From: Planctomycetota bacterium
GTDB lineage: Bacteria > Planctomycetota > PLA2 > JAEUHO01
DNA length: 64,000 bases
Reading direction: 5' to 3'
Assembly (NCBI GenBank): GCA_050248855.1
Contig: JBFWRP010000006.1
Location: 96,001-160,000 of the forward strand
The notes under the pieces are model-generated. The model had not been told where the DNA came from, ran no database searches, and saw nothing but the letters and a program-made list of their open reading frames with translations. A program made the translations under genes and the position numbers. Below are positions 39,600 through 52,041 of the stretch, piece by piece (the first letter of the stretch is position 1; every line of letters begins with the position of its first letter).

Positions 39600-40808
39600 G
39601 TGACAACGCCGCCCGCCGCCGACCCGCTCCTGGCCTTCCGGGGACGCTTCCCCACGCTTCAGCACTGCACGTACCTGATCTCGAACTCGCTGGGCGCCAT
39701 GCCAGCCGCCACGGGGGATGCCCTCACCGAGTACGCCCGCACGTGGCAGGACCGGGGCGTGCGGGCCTGGGCCGAGACGTGGTGGATGCTGGCCGGCGAG
39801 GTCGGCGACACGATCGGGAAGCTGTTCCACGCCCCGCCCGGCACCGTGTCCATGCACCCCAACGTGACGCTGGCCGAGGCGGTCGTGATCTCGTGCTTCG
39901 ACTGGTCCGGACCGCGCAACAACGTCGTCTACACGGACATGAACTTCCCCTCCGTGCAGTACCTCTACGACGGCTACGCACGCTCGCTCGGGGCGCAGAT
40001 CGACGTCGTGCGTTCGCCCGACGGGATCGGCGTGCCGACGCAAGCCCTGCTCGAGCGCATTGACGAGCGCACGTTGCTGGTGCCGATCAGCCACGTCCTC
40101 TTCCGCAGCGCCTACATCCAGGACGCGCAAGCCATCTGCGACCGGGCCCGCGAGGTGGGGGCCCACGTGGTGCTCGACGCCTACCAGTCGATCGGTGTCG
40201 TGCCCACCGACGTCTCGCGACTGGGCTGCTCCTTCCTGATCGGCGGCGTGCTCAAGTGGCTTTGCGGCGGGCCGGGCGGCGTGTTCCTCTACGTGCGCCC
40301 GGACCTGCTCGACCGCCTCGAGCCCAAGATCACCGGCTGGATGGCGCACGAGTCGCCCTTCTCCTTCGAGCCGCCCCCGCAGCGCTTCACGCGTGGAGCC
40401 TACCGCTTCCAGAACGGCACGCCGAACGTGCCCGGGCTCTACGCGGCGCGCGAGGGCCCCAAGATCCTGCTGGAAGCGGGGCTCGACACCGTGCGCGCCA
40501 AGAGCATGCGCCAGACGGCGCGCCTCTACGACGCAGCCACGGCACGCGGCTGGACGGTCAATGCCCCGGCCGATCCCGCACGGCGAGGTGGCACGGTGGC
40601 CGTGGACGTTCCCCACGCGGCGGCCGTCAAGCTGGAGCTGCTCGAGCGCGAGATCATCGTGGACTACCGGCCCGGCGCCGGCATCCGCATCTCGCCGCAC
40701 TTCTACAACACCGATGCGGAGTGCGACCTGTGCATCGACGCGATCGAGGACATCCTGGCGTCCGGCGCCTGGCAGCGCCACGAGGCCGCGCGTCCCACGG
40801 TCACGTAG
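39600..40808 (+). CDS. kynU: Kynureninase-like class V PLP enzyme
   Basis: YL.SNSLG, NFPS, LDAYQS, KWLCGGPG, GW.AH and RGG motifs; adjacent to a kynB-like gene. Confidence 0.8.
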   Translation: MTTPPAADPLLAFRGRFPTLQHCTYLISNSLGAMPAATGDALTEYARTWQDRGVRAWAETWWMLAGEVGDTIGKLFHAPPGTVSMHPNVTLAEAVVISCFDWSGPRNNVVYTDMNFPSVQYLYDGYARSLGAQIDVVRSPDGIGVPTQALLERIDERTLLVPISHVLFRSAYIQDAQAICDRAREVGAHVVLDAYQSIGVVPTDVSRLGCSFLIGGVLKWLCGGPGGVFLYVRPDLLDRLEPKITGWMAHESPFSFEPPPQRFTRGAYRFQNGTPNVPGLYAAREGPKILLEAGLDTVRAKSMRQTARLYDAATARGWTVNAPADPARRGGTVAVDVPHAAAVKLELLEREIIVDYRPGAGIRISPHFYNTDAECDLCIDAIEDILASGAWQRHEAARPTVT

Positions 40809-40834
40809 AGTCACCGCAGGAGGAGAGGTCGTCC

Positions 40835-41509
40835 ATGAGCTCGCCGCCTTCGCCGCAGCCGTTCCAAGCCTCACGGCGGATCCACGACATCAGCCGTCCG
40901 CTGCGGGCAGGGATCGACGTCTGGCCGGGCGACACGGCCTTCGACTTCGGGTTCGTGGCCCGCATCCGCGACGGCAGCAGCGTCAACGTGGGGCGCATCG
41001 AGATGAGCGTGCACACGGGGGCGCACGTCGACGCGCCTCTGCACTTCCAGGACGACGCGGCGGACGTGGCCTCGGTACCCATCGAGCGCTATCTGGGGCC
41101 GTGCGTCGTGGCGGACGCCCGGCCCGATGCGCGGGGCGTCCTCCCCGAGCACCTGCCCGCCTCGCTCGATGCCGACGCGCGCGCCACGCGCCGCGTCCTG
41201 CTACGCACCTACGGCGAGCGGCCGGCGGCCTTCGACGAGCACATGGCCCACGCCACCCCCGAGCTGGCCGCGTGGCTCGAGGAGCGTGGCGTCGTCTTGC
41301 TCGGCGTGGACACGGACAGCATGGATGCGTTCGAGTCCAAGGAGCTTCCCGCGCACCGCCGCTTGGCCCAGGCCGGCATCTCCATCCTGGAGGGCATCGA
41401 CCTCTCGGCCGTGCCAGCGGGGATCTACGACCTCGTGGCGTTGCCGCTGCGCATCGAGGGCGCCGACGGGAGCCCCGTCCGCGCCGTGCTCGTCGAGCGA
41501 ACGTCCTGA
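40835..41509 (+). CDS. kynB: Cyclase-family arylformamidase (kynurenine formamidase)
   Basis: HTGAHVDAPLH, GVDT.S.D and ADGSPVRAVL motifs; AGGAGG RBS. Confidence 0.87.
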   Translation: MSSPPSPQPFQASRRIHDISRPLRAGIDVWPGDTAFDFGFVARIRDGSSVNVGRIEMSVHTGAHVDAPLHFQDDAADVASVPIERYLGPCVVADARPDARGVLPEHLPASLDADARATRRVLLRTYGERPAAFDEHMAHATPELAAWLEERGVVLLGVDTDSMDAFESKELPAHRRLAQAGISILEGIDLSAVPAGIYDLVALPLRIEGADGSPVRAVLVERTS

Positions 41510-41527
41510 CGCCTTCGGAGAACCGCG

Positions 41528-42016
41528 ATGACCACGACCGCCCCGCACCCCGACGCCCAGGCCCTGCTGCGCGACCTGGCGCTGCTCCTGCCCGACATCG
41601 ATGCCATCGACCCGGCCGACGGCATGGCGGCCGCGGCCGAGCTCGAGCGGCGCCAGCCCTTCGACGGCGAGCTCGTCCGGGGCATCCGCGCGCGCTGCGA
41701 GAAGGGCCTCGAGGCGGGCTGGCTGGCGCCGCGCGCCGCGGGCCCCAAGGTCAGGTTCGGTCGGCTCGACAAGGACCTCGGCGGCTACGCCATCGACTGC
41801 GTGTGGATGGACAACGGGGCCGGCATGGGCCATACGCACACGAAGGGCGAGATCAACATGTGCTTTGCCTGGGGCGGCGAGCCGCGCTTCGACGGCCACC
41901 CCCCCGGCTGGGTCGTGTTCCCCCCGGGCTCGCACCACGTGCCCACGGTCACCGGCGGCACCATGCTCTTCCTCTACTTCACCCCCGAGGGCGCCGTCGT
42001 CTGGGACAAGTCCTAG
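41528..42016 (+). CDS. DUF4863 family protein (PnbB / 4-hydroxylaminobenzoate lyase-like cupin)
   Basis: EAGWL, G.HTHTKGEI, FDG...GWVV.PPGS.H.PTV.GG and LYF.P.G pattern. Confidence 0.75.
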   Translation: MTTTAPHPDAQALLRDLALLLPDIDAIDPADGMAAAAELERRQPFDGELVRGIRARCEKGLEAGWLAPRAAGPKVRFGRLDKDLGGYAIDCVWMDNGAGMGHTHTKGEINMCFAWGGEPRFDGHPPGWVVFPPGSHHVPTVTGGTMLFLYFTPEGAVVWDKS

Positions 42017-42134
42017 CCGGGCGCCTGGGGTGCGAACCCGTGCTGCCAAGCGGCGCCGCGGCGATGCGGGCGCAGGGCCTGGCCCCCGCGCATGAGGGCG
42101 CTCCGCCGTCGGACATGCGCCGTACCCTGCCGCG

Positions 42135-44222
42135 GTGATCGCGCCGACCGACTCGCCTGACGCACGCCTCGTGGCGGCACGCACGGTGCTGCGCGACGTG
42201 TTCGGGCACGAGGCGTTTCGCGAGGGCCAAGAGGCCGTCGTGGGGGCCGTGCTCGAGGGCCGCGACGTGCTCTGCGTGATGCCCACGGGCGCCGGCAAGA
42301 GCCTCTGCTACCAGCTGCCTGCGCTCGTGCGCGGGGGTCTCACCTTGGTCGTGAGCCCCCTGATCGCCCTGATGGACGACCAGGTGTCGAGTCTGAAGGG
42401 CCGGGGTGTCGCCGCCGCGGCCATCCATAGCGCGATCGACCCCGTCAGCCAGGAAGCGGCCTTGACCGCTGCGGCGCGCGGCGAGCTGCGGCTGCTCTAC
42501 GTGGCGCCCGAGCGGTTCCGCAGCGCGCGCTTCCGGGAGGCACTCGTCGCCATCGACCTCGATCTCGTCGCCGTCGACGAGGCGCACTGCATCAGCCAGT
42601 GGGGTCACGACTTCCGACCCGACTACCGGCGGCTTGGCGAATCGCTCGAGAGCCTGCGCCATCCGCAGGTCCTCGCCCTCACCGCGACCGCTACGCCGGA
42701 CGTCCAGGACGATGTCGTCGCGCAGCTGGGCTTGCGCGATCCGGCACGCTTCGTGCGCGGCATCGTGCGTGACAACCTCGCGTTCGAGGTTCGCCACGCC
42801 CGCACGATGGACGCCAAGGACGACCACGTGCTCGAGCTTGTCAAGGCCGAGCCGGGTGCCACGCTCATCTACGCCGCGACGCGACGTCACGTGGATGCAC
42901 TGCACGGCCTCCTGCAGCACCAGGGACTGCCCGCGCTGCGCTACCACGCGGGCCTCGCCGACGACGTGCGCGCCGACGTGCAGCGCAAGTTCCTGGAGCA
43001 GGGCGCACCGCTGCTGATCGCCACCAACGCGTTCGGCATGGGCGTGGATCGGCCCGACATCCGCCAGGTCATCCACTACGACATGCCGCGCGCCGTCGAG
43101 GCGTACGTGCAGGAGAGCGGTCGCGCGGGGCGCGACGGCGCGCCCGCACGCTGCGTGCTCCTCTACCGCGCCGCCGACCTCCATGTGCAGCGCTTCTTCA
43201 TCGAGGCGGCCCATCCCTCGCGCGAGATCATCGAGGACGTGTGGCGCGTCTTGGTGGAGGAAGGGGAGCGACGCGTCGAGCTGACCTCCGAGGCGATCGC
43301 CGAGCGGTTGCGAGTCAAGGCCGCCGCCCAGGCCGTGGGCGCGGCGCTCGCCGTGCTCGATCGCGCCGAAGTCGTGCGCCGCCGGGCCCGCGGCGAGGGG
43401 CGGGCCCGCGTCACGGTCCTGCCGGCGCCCGGCGACCTGTTCGCCGTCCAACAGCTGCCCCCGGGCCTCGGGCGCCTGCTGGCGGCGCTGGTGGAGCGCC
43501 ACGGCGTCGACCAGGAAGTCGCGCTCGACCTGGACGCGTTCGCCGAGAAGCGCGGTGTGACCGAGGAAACCGTGCGGCGCGGCTTGGCCCGGCTGCACCA
43601 GCTCGGCCGCGTCGTGTACGTGCCGCCGTTCCGCGGCCGGGCCACCGAAGTCCGGGGCGGCGAGGATGCGCTCGCCCACGTCGACTTCCGTGCGCTCGAC
43701 GAGCGCCGCCAGCACGAGGAAGCGCGCCTCGACGAGATGGTCGGCTACGCGCACGCGCGCGGCTGCCGCGTCCTCCACCTGCTGGCCTGCTTCCGCGCCG
43801 AGGGCGAGCAGCGCTGCGGCCGCTGCGATCGGTGCGTCGGGGCCCGCGGCGCCGCCGGCGGTGGTGGCGACGCGTTCGACCTGGCCAACCCGCGGGCGGC
43901 GACCACCGTGCGCACCGTGCTCCAAGCCGTCCGCGCCTTCGATGCCCGGTATGGCTTCCGCAAGCTCGCAGGCCATCTGGCCGGCTCGGACGCGGCCGGG
44001 GTGGGGGACGGCCCGCTGGCCCACGGGCCCACCCGCGGTGCGCTCGCGGCCCTCGGGGTCAAGGGCGCCGAACGTTGGCTGCAGGCCTGCCAGGACGCGG
44101 GCTTCTTGCGCTTGGTCCCCCGGCGCATTGGCGGTGGGCAGCGCACGGTGCATCTCGTGGCGATCGGTCCGCGGGGCCTCAGGGTGCTGAAGGGAGAGCC
44201 GCCGGGCCACGCCGGGGCTTGA
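42135..44222 (+). CDS. recQ: ATP-dependent DNA helicase RecQ family
   Basis: [27 protein letters not shown] and [10 protein letters not shown] motifs; zinc-binding CGRCDRC. Confidence 0.93.
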   Translation: MIAPTDSPDARLVAARTVLRDVFGHEAFREGQEAVVGAVLEGRDVLCVMPTGAGKSLCYQLPALVRGGLTLVVSPLIALMDDQVSSLKGRGVAAAAIHSAIDPVSQEAALTAAARGELRLLYVAPERFRSARFREALVAIDLDLVAVDEAHCISQWGHDFRPDYRRLGESLESLRHPQVLALTATATPDVQDDVVAQLGLRDPARFVRGIVRDNLAFEVRHARTMDAKDDHVLELVKAEPGATLIYAATRRHVDALHGLLQHQGLPALRYHAGLADDVRADVQRKFLEQGAPLLIATNAFGMGVDRPDIRQVIHYDMPRAVEAYVQESGRAGRDGAPARCVLLYRAADLHVQRFFIEAAHPSREIIEDVWRVLVEEGERRVELTSEAIAERLRVKAAAQAVGAALAVLDRAEVVRRRARGEGRARVTVLPAPGDLFAVQQLPPGLGRLLAALVERHGVDQEVALDLDAFAEKRGVTEETVRRGLARLHQLGRVVYVPPFRGRATEVRGGEDALAHVDFRALDERRQHEEARLDEMVGYAHARGCRVLHLLACFRAEGEQRCGRCDRCVGARGAAGGGGDAFDLANPRAATTVRTVLQAVRAFDARYGFRKLAGHLAGSDAAGVGDGPLAHGPTRGALAALGVKGAERWLQACQDAGFLRLVPRRIGGGQRTVHLVAIGPRGLRVLKGEPPGHAGA

Positions 44223-44271
44223 GGGACGACGATCCTCGGGGGCCGCAAGGCTCTTGAACCCCCGCGAAGCC

Positions 44272-44299
44272 TTGACCGGTCGGGGCGCCCCCCTAGGAT
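44272..44299 (+). promoter_or_regulatory. Sigma70-type promoter for the tRNA-Gln/Glu pair
   Basis: TTGACC-N16-TAGGAT upstream of the tRNAs. Confidence 0.5.
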
Positions 44300-44486
44300 C
44301 GGCGCCCCCGGCGGGGCGACCTGCCGGGGCACGGAGCCCGTTCTCCGGGGTCTGTCGTTCGCGGGGCCGCAAGGCACGCGAGCCGGCGGAACGCCCGCAG
44401 ACCGTCTTCCGCGTTCCCACGGGGAACCGGGCGGCCGGTCCGGGGCCGCAGCCGCGACCCCGGGAGGGGCTCGCGGCGGCACGCCC

Positions 44487-44562
44487 TGAGGAGTAGTTCA
44501 GCTGGTAGAACGCCTGACTCTGGATCAGGAAGTCGAAGGTTCGAGTCCTTCCTCCTCAGCCA
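44487..44562 (+). tRNA. tRNA-Gln (CTG)
   Basis: Cloverleaf; anticodon arm CCTGA-CTCTGGA-TCAGG; TTCGAGT T-loop; encoded CCA. Confidence 0.95.
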
Positions 44563-44588
44563 CGCCGCTTCGCACATCTCACGGGACC

Positions 44589-44664
44589 GGCCCCTTCGTC
44601 TAGCGGTCCAGGACACGGCCCTCTCAAGGCTGAAACACGGGTTCAAATCCCGTAGGGGTCACCA
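44589..44664 (+). tRNA. tRNA-Glu (CTC)
   Basis: Cloverleaf; anticodon arm CGGCC-CTCTCAA-GGCTG; TTCAAAT T-loop; encoded CCA. Confidence 0.95.
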
Positions 44665-44831
44665 TCGCCGCCCGTGCGTTGCCGCTTGCCCTCGAGGCAG
44701 GCGTCGCCCCACGCCACGCTCGCACCGACCTCGCCGCGCCCTCGCTCAAGTGCGCCCCGCGTGCGGACGACTTCACGCTTCGGTGGCCGCGCGACGAAGC
44801 TGCGCGCCGCCCGTGGTTGGAGCCCGTTCGC

Positions 44832-45293
44832 ATGCACGGTCGACTGCGCCTGCCTCCCGCGACGTATGCCTTGGTCGATGGGGGTGCGCGGGTCCTGGCC
44901 CTGCTGGCCATGCTCCACGCCGGTGCGGCGGCTCTCGGCGTCGGCTACGACCCCCGCTGGCTGGCCGCCCGCTCGGGCCCCGTGGGCTGGAAGGTGCTGA
45001 TGGTCACCGGCGTGCTCTACGCCCTGGCCATGTTCGTCGTCCGCCCGCGCGTGCGCGGCGGGATCGTGGCGGCCCGCGCCGCGGCCGTCGTGTTGGCCAG
45101 CCTGTGCCTCGTCGACGCCTTGGCGTCGCTGCGTGGGGGACACGGGGCCTCGGCCTCACCGGTGCCCCTGACCCTGCTGCTTGCGGCGTGGCTCTTCGCC
45201 TGGGTCCTGGCGCGCCGCGCACGGCCCGTGGTCCGCGACCCGGGCTCGCCCGACCGGCTTTGGCACAAGATGCTCGAGCGCGCGCACCCGTAG
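44832..45293 (+). CDS. Hypothetical membrane protein
   Basis: About four hydrophobic segments; start uncertain. Confidence 0.6.
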   Translation: MHGRLRLPPATYALVDGGARVLALLAMLHAGAAALGVGYDPRWLAARSGPVGWKVLMVTGVLYALAMFVVRPRVRGGIVAARAAAVVLASLCLVDALASLRGGHGASASPVPLTLLLAAWLFAWVLARRARPVVRDPGSPDRLWHKMLERAHP

Positions 45294-45340
45294 GGGTTGC
45301 GGCGCGGCCGACCGTGAGGGTCCGGAGTAGGCTCTCGGCC

Positions 45341-46489
45341 ATGGTCCGTCCTGGGTTCTGCATCCGCCGCTGGCGCCCTGCGCTGGCCCTCTTCCTGGCC
45401 CTCGGGCTGACGGTTCCCGTCCCGCCTGCCCGCGCCGACGACGCGCCGGCCGTCGACGAACAGGCCCTCCTGGACGAGGCCTACGCCGATGCGCTGAAGA
45501 CCGTCCTGAAGGTCGAGGAGGACCTGGTCAAGGCCGTCGAGAAGGTCCGCCAGTCGTCCGTGTCCGTGATCAGCTTCCGGGAGATCCCGCAGGGGCCGCG
45601 CAAGGGCGAGCTCGCGATGGCAGGCGTCGGCTCGGGCGTGCTCGTGGAGCAAGCGGGCAAGACGTGGGTGCTGACCAACGTGCACGTCGTCCAGAACAGC
45701 GATGCGCTGCAGATCGTCACCTTCGACGGCCAGCACCACGCCGTGAAGGTCCACGACGCGATTCCCACCTACGACATCGCGCTGCTCACGTGGATCGACC
45801 GCATGCCGCGCGGCCTGAAGGACGTCCGCGTCAAGGCCTCGGGCAGCGGCAGCCGGATCCGCGAAGGCACCTGGGTCATCGCGACCGGCAACCCGTTCTT
45901 CCTGGCCAACGACGGTCGCAGCGTCACCACGCTGGGCGTGGTCTCCGGCACGGGTCGTCTGCTCGATGGGCGGTTCAAGTACGTCAACGCGGTCCAGCAC
46001 GACGCCGAGGTCAACCCGGGCAACAGCGGCGGTCCGGTGTGGACGCTCGAGGGCGAGCTCGTCGGTCTCAACGGCATGATCATGTCGATGCCCAGCTTCC
46101 CGGGTGCGCGGCCCACCAACACGGGGGCGTCGTTCGCGTTGCCGGCGGAGCAGCTGGACGCGTTCCTGCGCGAGCTGACCAGCAAGTCCGATGCCCGCAG
46201 CGGCTACCTCGGCATCGACGCCGACACGGACACCGACGACAAGGGCAAGTCTGCGGGCGCGAAGATCCGCGTGATCGCCCCCGACAGCCCCTGCGCCCAG
46301 GGCCGCGATGCCTTGCAGACCGGCGACGTCATCATCCGCTTCGGGTCCGGTAGCGGCACGCGCATCTACACCGCGACCGACCTGCAGCAGGCCCTCTCGC
46401 TCCTGCAGGCCGGCGACAAGGTGATCATCAAGTACCGCCGCGGCAGGGCGTTCTCCACCTGGAGGGGCGAGCTGGGGGTGGGGCGGTGA
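45341..46489 (+). CDS. HtrA/DegP-like trypsin serine protease with PDZ domain
   Basis: Signal peptide; LTNVHVV (His), DIAL (Asp) and NPGNSGGP (Ser); C-terminal PDZ. Confidence 0.9.
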   Translation: MVRPGFCIRRWRPALALFLALGLTVPVPPARADDAPAVDEQALLDEAYADALKTVLKVEEDLVKAVEKVRQSSVSVISFREIPQGPRKGELAMAGVGSGVLVEQAGKTWVLTNVHVVQNSDALQIVTFDGQHHAVKVHDAIPTYDIALLTWIDRMPRGLKDVRVKASGSGSRIREGTWVIATGNPFFLANDGRSVTTLGVVSGTGRLLDGRFKYVNAVQHDAEVNPGNSGGPVWTLEGELVGLNGMIMSMPSFPGARPTNTGASFALPAEQLDAFLRELTSKSDARSGYLGIDADTDTDDKGKSAGAKIRVIAPDSPCAQGRDALQTGDVIIRFGSGSGTRIYTATDLQQALSLLQAGDKVIIKYRRGRAFSTWRGELGVGR

Positions 46490-48369
46490 GCCGTACGCCC
46501 GGGCGGGCGACGCCTTGCGGGATCGCGTTCGGCCTCCTTGCCCTCGCCCTCCTCGTGCTTCCCGTCCCGGGGCCCGCCCGTGCCGGCCCCCTGGACCTGT
46601 TGGAAGGCGACTTCGAGAAGGCCATCAGCCGCATCACCCCGGCCACCGTCGAGTGCAAGCCCTTCGGGGTTCCGCCCGAGCAGGTGTTGGGCGGGAGCAG
46701 CGGCGTCGTCGTGGGCCGCAAGGGCCTCGTCTTCTCCGACGGCGACGTCGGCAGCTTCCGCAAGGGCAAGCAGGGCGAGAAGCCCGAGGTGGCGTGGTCC
46801 GACGATGTCGAGATCCGCGTCCCGGACCTGCGCGGCAAGGGGTTCCGCAGTTACCGCGCCACCGTGATCCACCGCAACCGCAAGCTAGACACGTCGCTGC
46901 TTCGCGTCGAGGACCCGCGGTCGACGGACTTCTCGAGCCCGCTGCTGCCGGGTCGCAGCGACGACCTGCGCGTGGGGGACTTCGCCTTTGCCGCGGGCAA
47001 CGCGTTCGACTTGGGCAGCGAGGCACCGCCCACCTTGACGGCGGGCGTGGTGTCCGGACTGACGCCCAGGACGGGCACCTCGGCCTCGGGCCGCTGGGCG
47101 GTGTTCCACGTGAGCGCCGCCGTCAACCCGGGCATGAACGGCGGCCCCGTGTGCGACGCCGAGGGGCGTCTCGTGGGGACCATCAGCAGCTACGTCGGCC
47201 CCGGTGATCCCCATCAGTACCTGGGCAGGGTCGTGCCGATCGACGTGCTGCGCGCCGAGTACGCCGGCATGCCCGAGGGCAAGGAGATCTTCCCGGATCG
47301 CGAGGGACGCGGTGTGCGCACGCAGCACGCCGCGCGCATGGAGCTCGTCTTCCACGTGCTGGCCCGCCGGGCCGCCGCCCGGGGACTCGTCAGCATCGAG
47401 GTCACCCGCAAGGAGGGGACGTCGCTCGAGCGGGTGGAACCGACCGGTGGGCGCGCCGTGGCCACGGTGCCGGGCTGGAGCGCGGCCGTGTCCGGCATCC
47501 TGCTCCCGGACCGGCGCCACGTGGTGACGTGCCTCTACGACCTCGTGAACATCGCGGAGCTCATCGACCCGGGCGTCGAGGCGATCCTGCCCGAGACCGC
47601 CCGCCTGCAGGCGGGCTGGGACTCCATCACGGCGCTCCACGTGGTGCTGCCTGATGGCGCCGTGGCGCCGGCCAAACTCGTGGGCCGCAGCGAGCGGGAC
47701 AACCTCGCGCTGCTCGCGCTCGAGCAGGAGGCGCCGCAGGACGCGGTCGTCGCCGAGCCCACGCCCGAGGACGACCTGGTCGCCGGCCGCTTCGTCGTGG
47801 CCGTGGGCTGCCCCTTCGGCCGTTCGCGGGGCCCGGACCCGTTGCTCACGATCGGCTTGATCAGCAAGCGGCATGCGTGGGGCTCGACGGACGCGTGGGC
47901 GGGGCACTTCCAGACCGACGCCGGCATCACGGACGGCAACGCCGGCGGTCTTGCCGTCGACCTGGAGGGGCGCTGGATCGGCATGCTGTCGCTCTGGTCG
48001 CCCCTCCGCCACGGGCGCAACAGCGGCATCGGGTTCATCCTGCCCGCGGCCCGGGTGCTCGACGTGGCCCAGGCCGTCTTGGCGGGACGCAAGCCGCCCT
48101 TCCTCGGCGTCAGCTGGGGCTACGACGCCGAGCGCAAGGGCATGCTCGTCAGCGAGATCGTGGCCGATGGGCCGTCGGCCAAGGCCGGCGTCCAGAAGGA
48201 CGACGTCATCGTGCGCATCGCGGGCGAGGACGTGACCTCCCAAGAGGTCGCGTTCGGTGCCGTGCGTACGCGGTGGTCGGGCGACGTCGTCGAGCTGGGC
48301 GTGATCCGCGGCAAGAACAGCACGCCCATCCCCCTGGCCGTCACGCTCGGCGAGCGCCCGGCACGGTAG
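46486..48369 (+). CDS. Double trypsin-like domain + PDZ protein, catalytically degenerate
   Basis: Two GDSGG-type loops, read NPGMNGGP and TDGNAGG; PFLGV PDZ; GTGA overlap with the upstream protease. Confidence 0.8.
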   Translation: MSRTPGRATPCGIAFGLLALALLVLPVPGPARAGPLDLLEGDFEKAISRITPATVECKPFGVPPEQVLGGSSGVVVGRKGLVFSDGDVGSFRKGKQGEKPEVAWSDDVEIRVPDLRGKGFRSYRATVIHRNRKLDTSLLRVEDPRSTDFSSPLLPGRSDDLRVGDFAFAAGNAFDLGSEAPPTLTAGVVSGLTPRTGTSASGRWAVFHVSAAVNPGMNGGPVCDAEGRLVGTISSYVGPGDPHQYLGRVVPIDVLRAEYAGMPEGKEIFPDREGRGVRTQHAARMELVFHVLARRAAARGLVSIEVTRKEGTSLERVEPTGGRAVATVPGWSAAVSGILLPDRRHVVTCLYDLVNIAELIDPGVEAILPETARLQAGWDSITALHVVLPDGAVAPAKLVGRSERDNLALLALEQEAPQDAVVAEPTPEDDLVAGRFVVAVGCPFGRSRGPDPLLTIGLISKRHAWGSTDAWAGHFQTDAGITDGNAGGLAVDLEGRWIGMLSLWSPLRHGRNSGIGFILPAARVLDVAQAVLAGRKPPFLGVSWGYDAERKGMLVSEIVADGPSAKAGVQKDDVIVRIAGEDVTSQEVAFGAVRTRWSGDVVELGVIRGKNSTPIPLAVTLGERPAR

Positions 48370-48373
48370 GTCG

Positions 48374-49351
48374 TCAGAGACGGACTTCGATGGTGTCGCG
48401 GTCCTCGGCGACGTGGATCGTGTCCACGAACCGCACGCGGCGCGGCGGCTCCAAGCCCATGACGATGCTGTGCGTGCGGACGCCGGCGCCGAACTGGGTG
48501 ACGCCGCGCAGCAGCTCGCCGTCCGTGACGCCCGTGGCGGCAAAGACGAGGCGCTTGCCCGGCGCCAGCGTCTCGGCCGTGTGCAGCTGGTCGAAGTTCG
48601 CCACGCCCATCTTGGAGGCGCGCAGGCGGTCGCCGTCCTTGAACTCGACGAGTCGACCGTGCATCTCGCCGCCCAGGCAGCGGATTGCCGTGGCGGCGAG
48701 CACGCCCTCCGGCGCGCCGCCCACGCCCATGACGGCGTGGACGGCGGTTCCCGTGACGCACGCGCTGATGGCGGGCTGCAGGTCACCGTCGGTGATGAGA
48801 TGGATGCGCGCGCCCGCCTTGCGGATCTGGGCGATCAGCTCTTCATGGCGCGGCCGCTCGAGCACCACGACGGTGACGTCGGCGACGTCGCGGTCGAGCG
48901 CATCGGCGATGCCCTTCAGGTTCTCCTCGACCGGTGCATCCAGGTCGATGCGGCCGCGGCAGCGCGGTCCGACGATCAGCTTCCTCATGTAGCAGTCGGG
49001 GGCGTTCAGCAGGCCGCCTTCCTCGCCCGCAGCCAGGACCGCCATTGCGCCATGCGCACCCGTGGCACACAGGTTGGTCCCTTCGAGCGGGTCCACCGCG
49101 ATGTCCACCCGCGGGGACTGCTGCTGCCAGTGCCCGACCTCTTCGCCGATGTAGAGCATCGGCGCCTCGTCGCGCTCGCCTTCGCCGATCACGATCTTGC
49201 CCCGCATGGGCACGGCACTCATGGTCCGCCGCATGGCCTCCGTCGCGACACGGTCGCTCAGGTGGCGGTCGCCTTGGCCCGTCGTCCGGGCGGCGGCGAT
49301 GGCGGCGGCCTCGACCACGCGCAGGAAGCGGCTGGCGATCTCGGTGGGCAT
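48374..49351 (-). CDS. glpX: Fructose-1,6-bisphosphatase class II
   Basis: [34 protein letters not shown] and ATGVTDG motifs. Confidence 0.95.
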   Translation of the reverse strand: MPTEIASRFLRVVEAAAIAAARTTGQGDRHLSDRVATEAMRRTMSAVPMRGKIVIGEGERDEAPMLYIGEEVGHWQQQSPRVDIAVDPLEGTNLCATGAHGAMAVLAAGEEGGLLNAPDCYMRKLIVGPRCRGRIDLDAPVEENLKGIADALDRDVADVTVVVLERPRHEELIAQIRKAGARIHLITDGDLQPAISACVTGTAVHAVMGVGGAPEGVLAATAIRCLGGEMHGRLVEFKDGDRLRASKMGVANFDQLHTAETLAPGKRLVFAATGVTDGELLRGVTQFGAGVRTHSIVMGLEPPRRVRFVDTIHVAEDRDTIEVRL

Positions 49352-49706
49352 GGAGCGTCCTCCCAGGGCGCGGCTCCCCCCGCGCGGCGCCGCCCCGAAG
49401 GCGACCAGCGGGAAGGTACGGCGTGGCGCAAGCCCTGCCACCTTGGCCCACCCCGCATGGGCGACCCGGCCGCCCGGGATCGGCTCGGCGCGCCCGCCGC
49501 GGCCGGGTATCCATCACCGGTTCCATCCCCACCAGGCGGGCAAGGCCGAGGGAGTCCCCTCCGCGCTAGCTTCCGGTGCGCTGCCGCGCGGACCGCACCT
49601 CTTGGGGGGTGACGGCCCGCGAGCCGCCCGCCGGAGTGCGCCGGAGTCCCTTGGCCGCGTCCGCCGACGCCCACCCCGCCGCACCCTCCGCGGCGACGGA
49701 GGTCCG

Positions 49707-51980
<2,274 letters not shown>

Positions 51981-52041
51981 CGCGCGAAGGCGCGCGGCCC
52001 GCGGCGGCGCCGCGCTGCGGCAAGGAGCCCGGCACCGCCGC

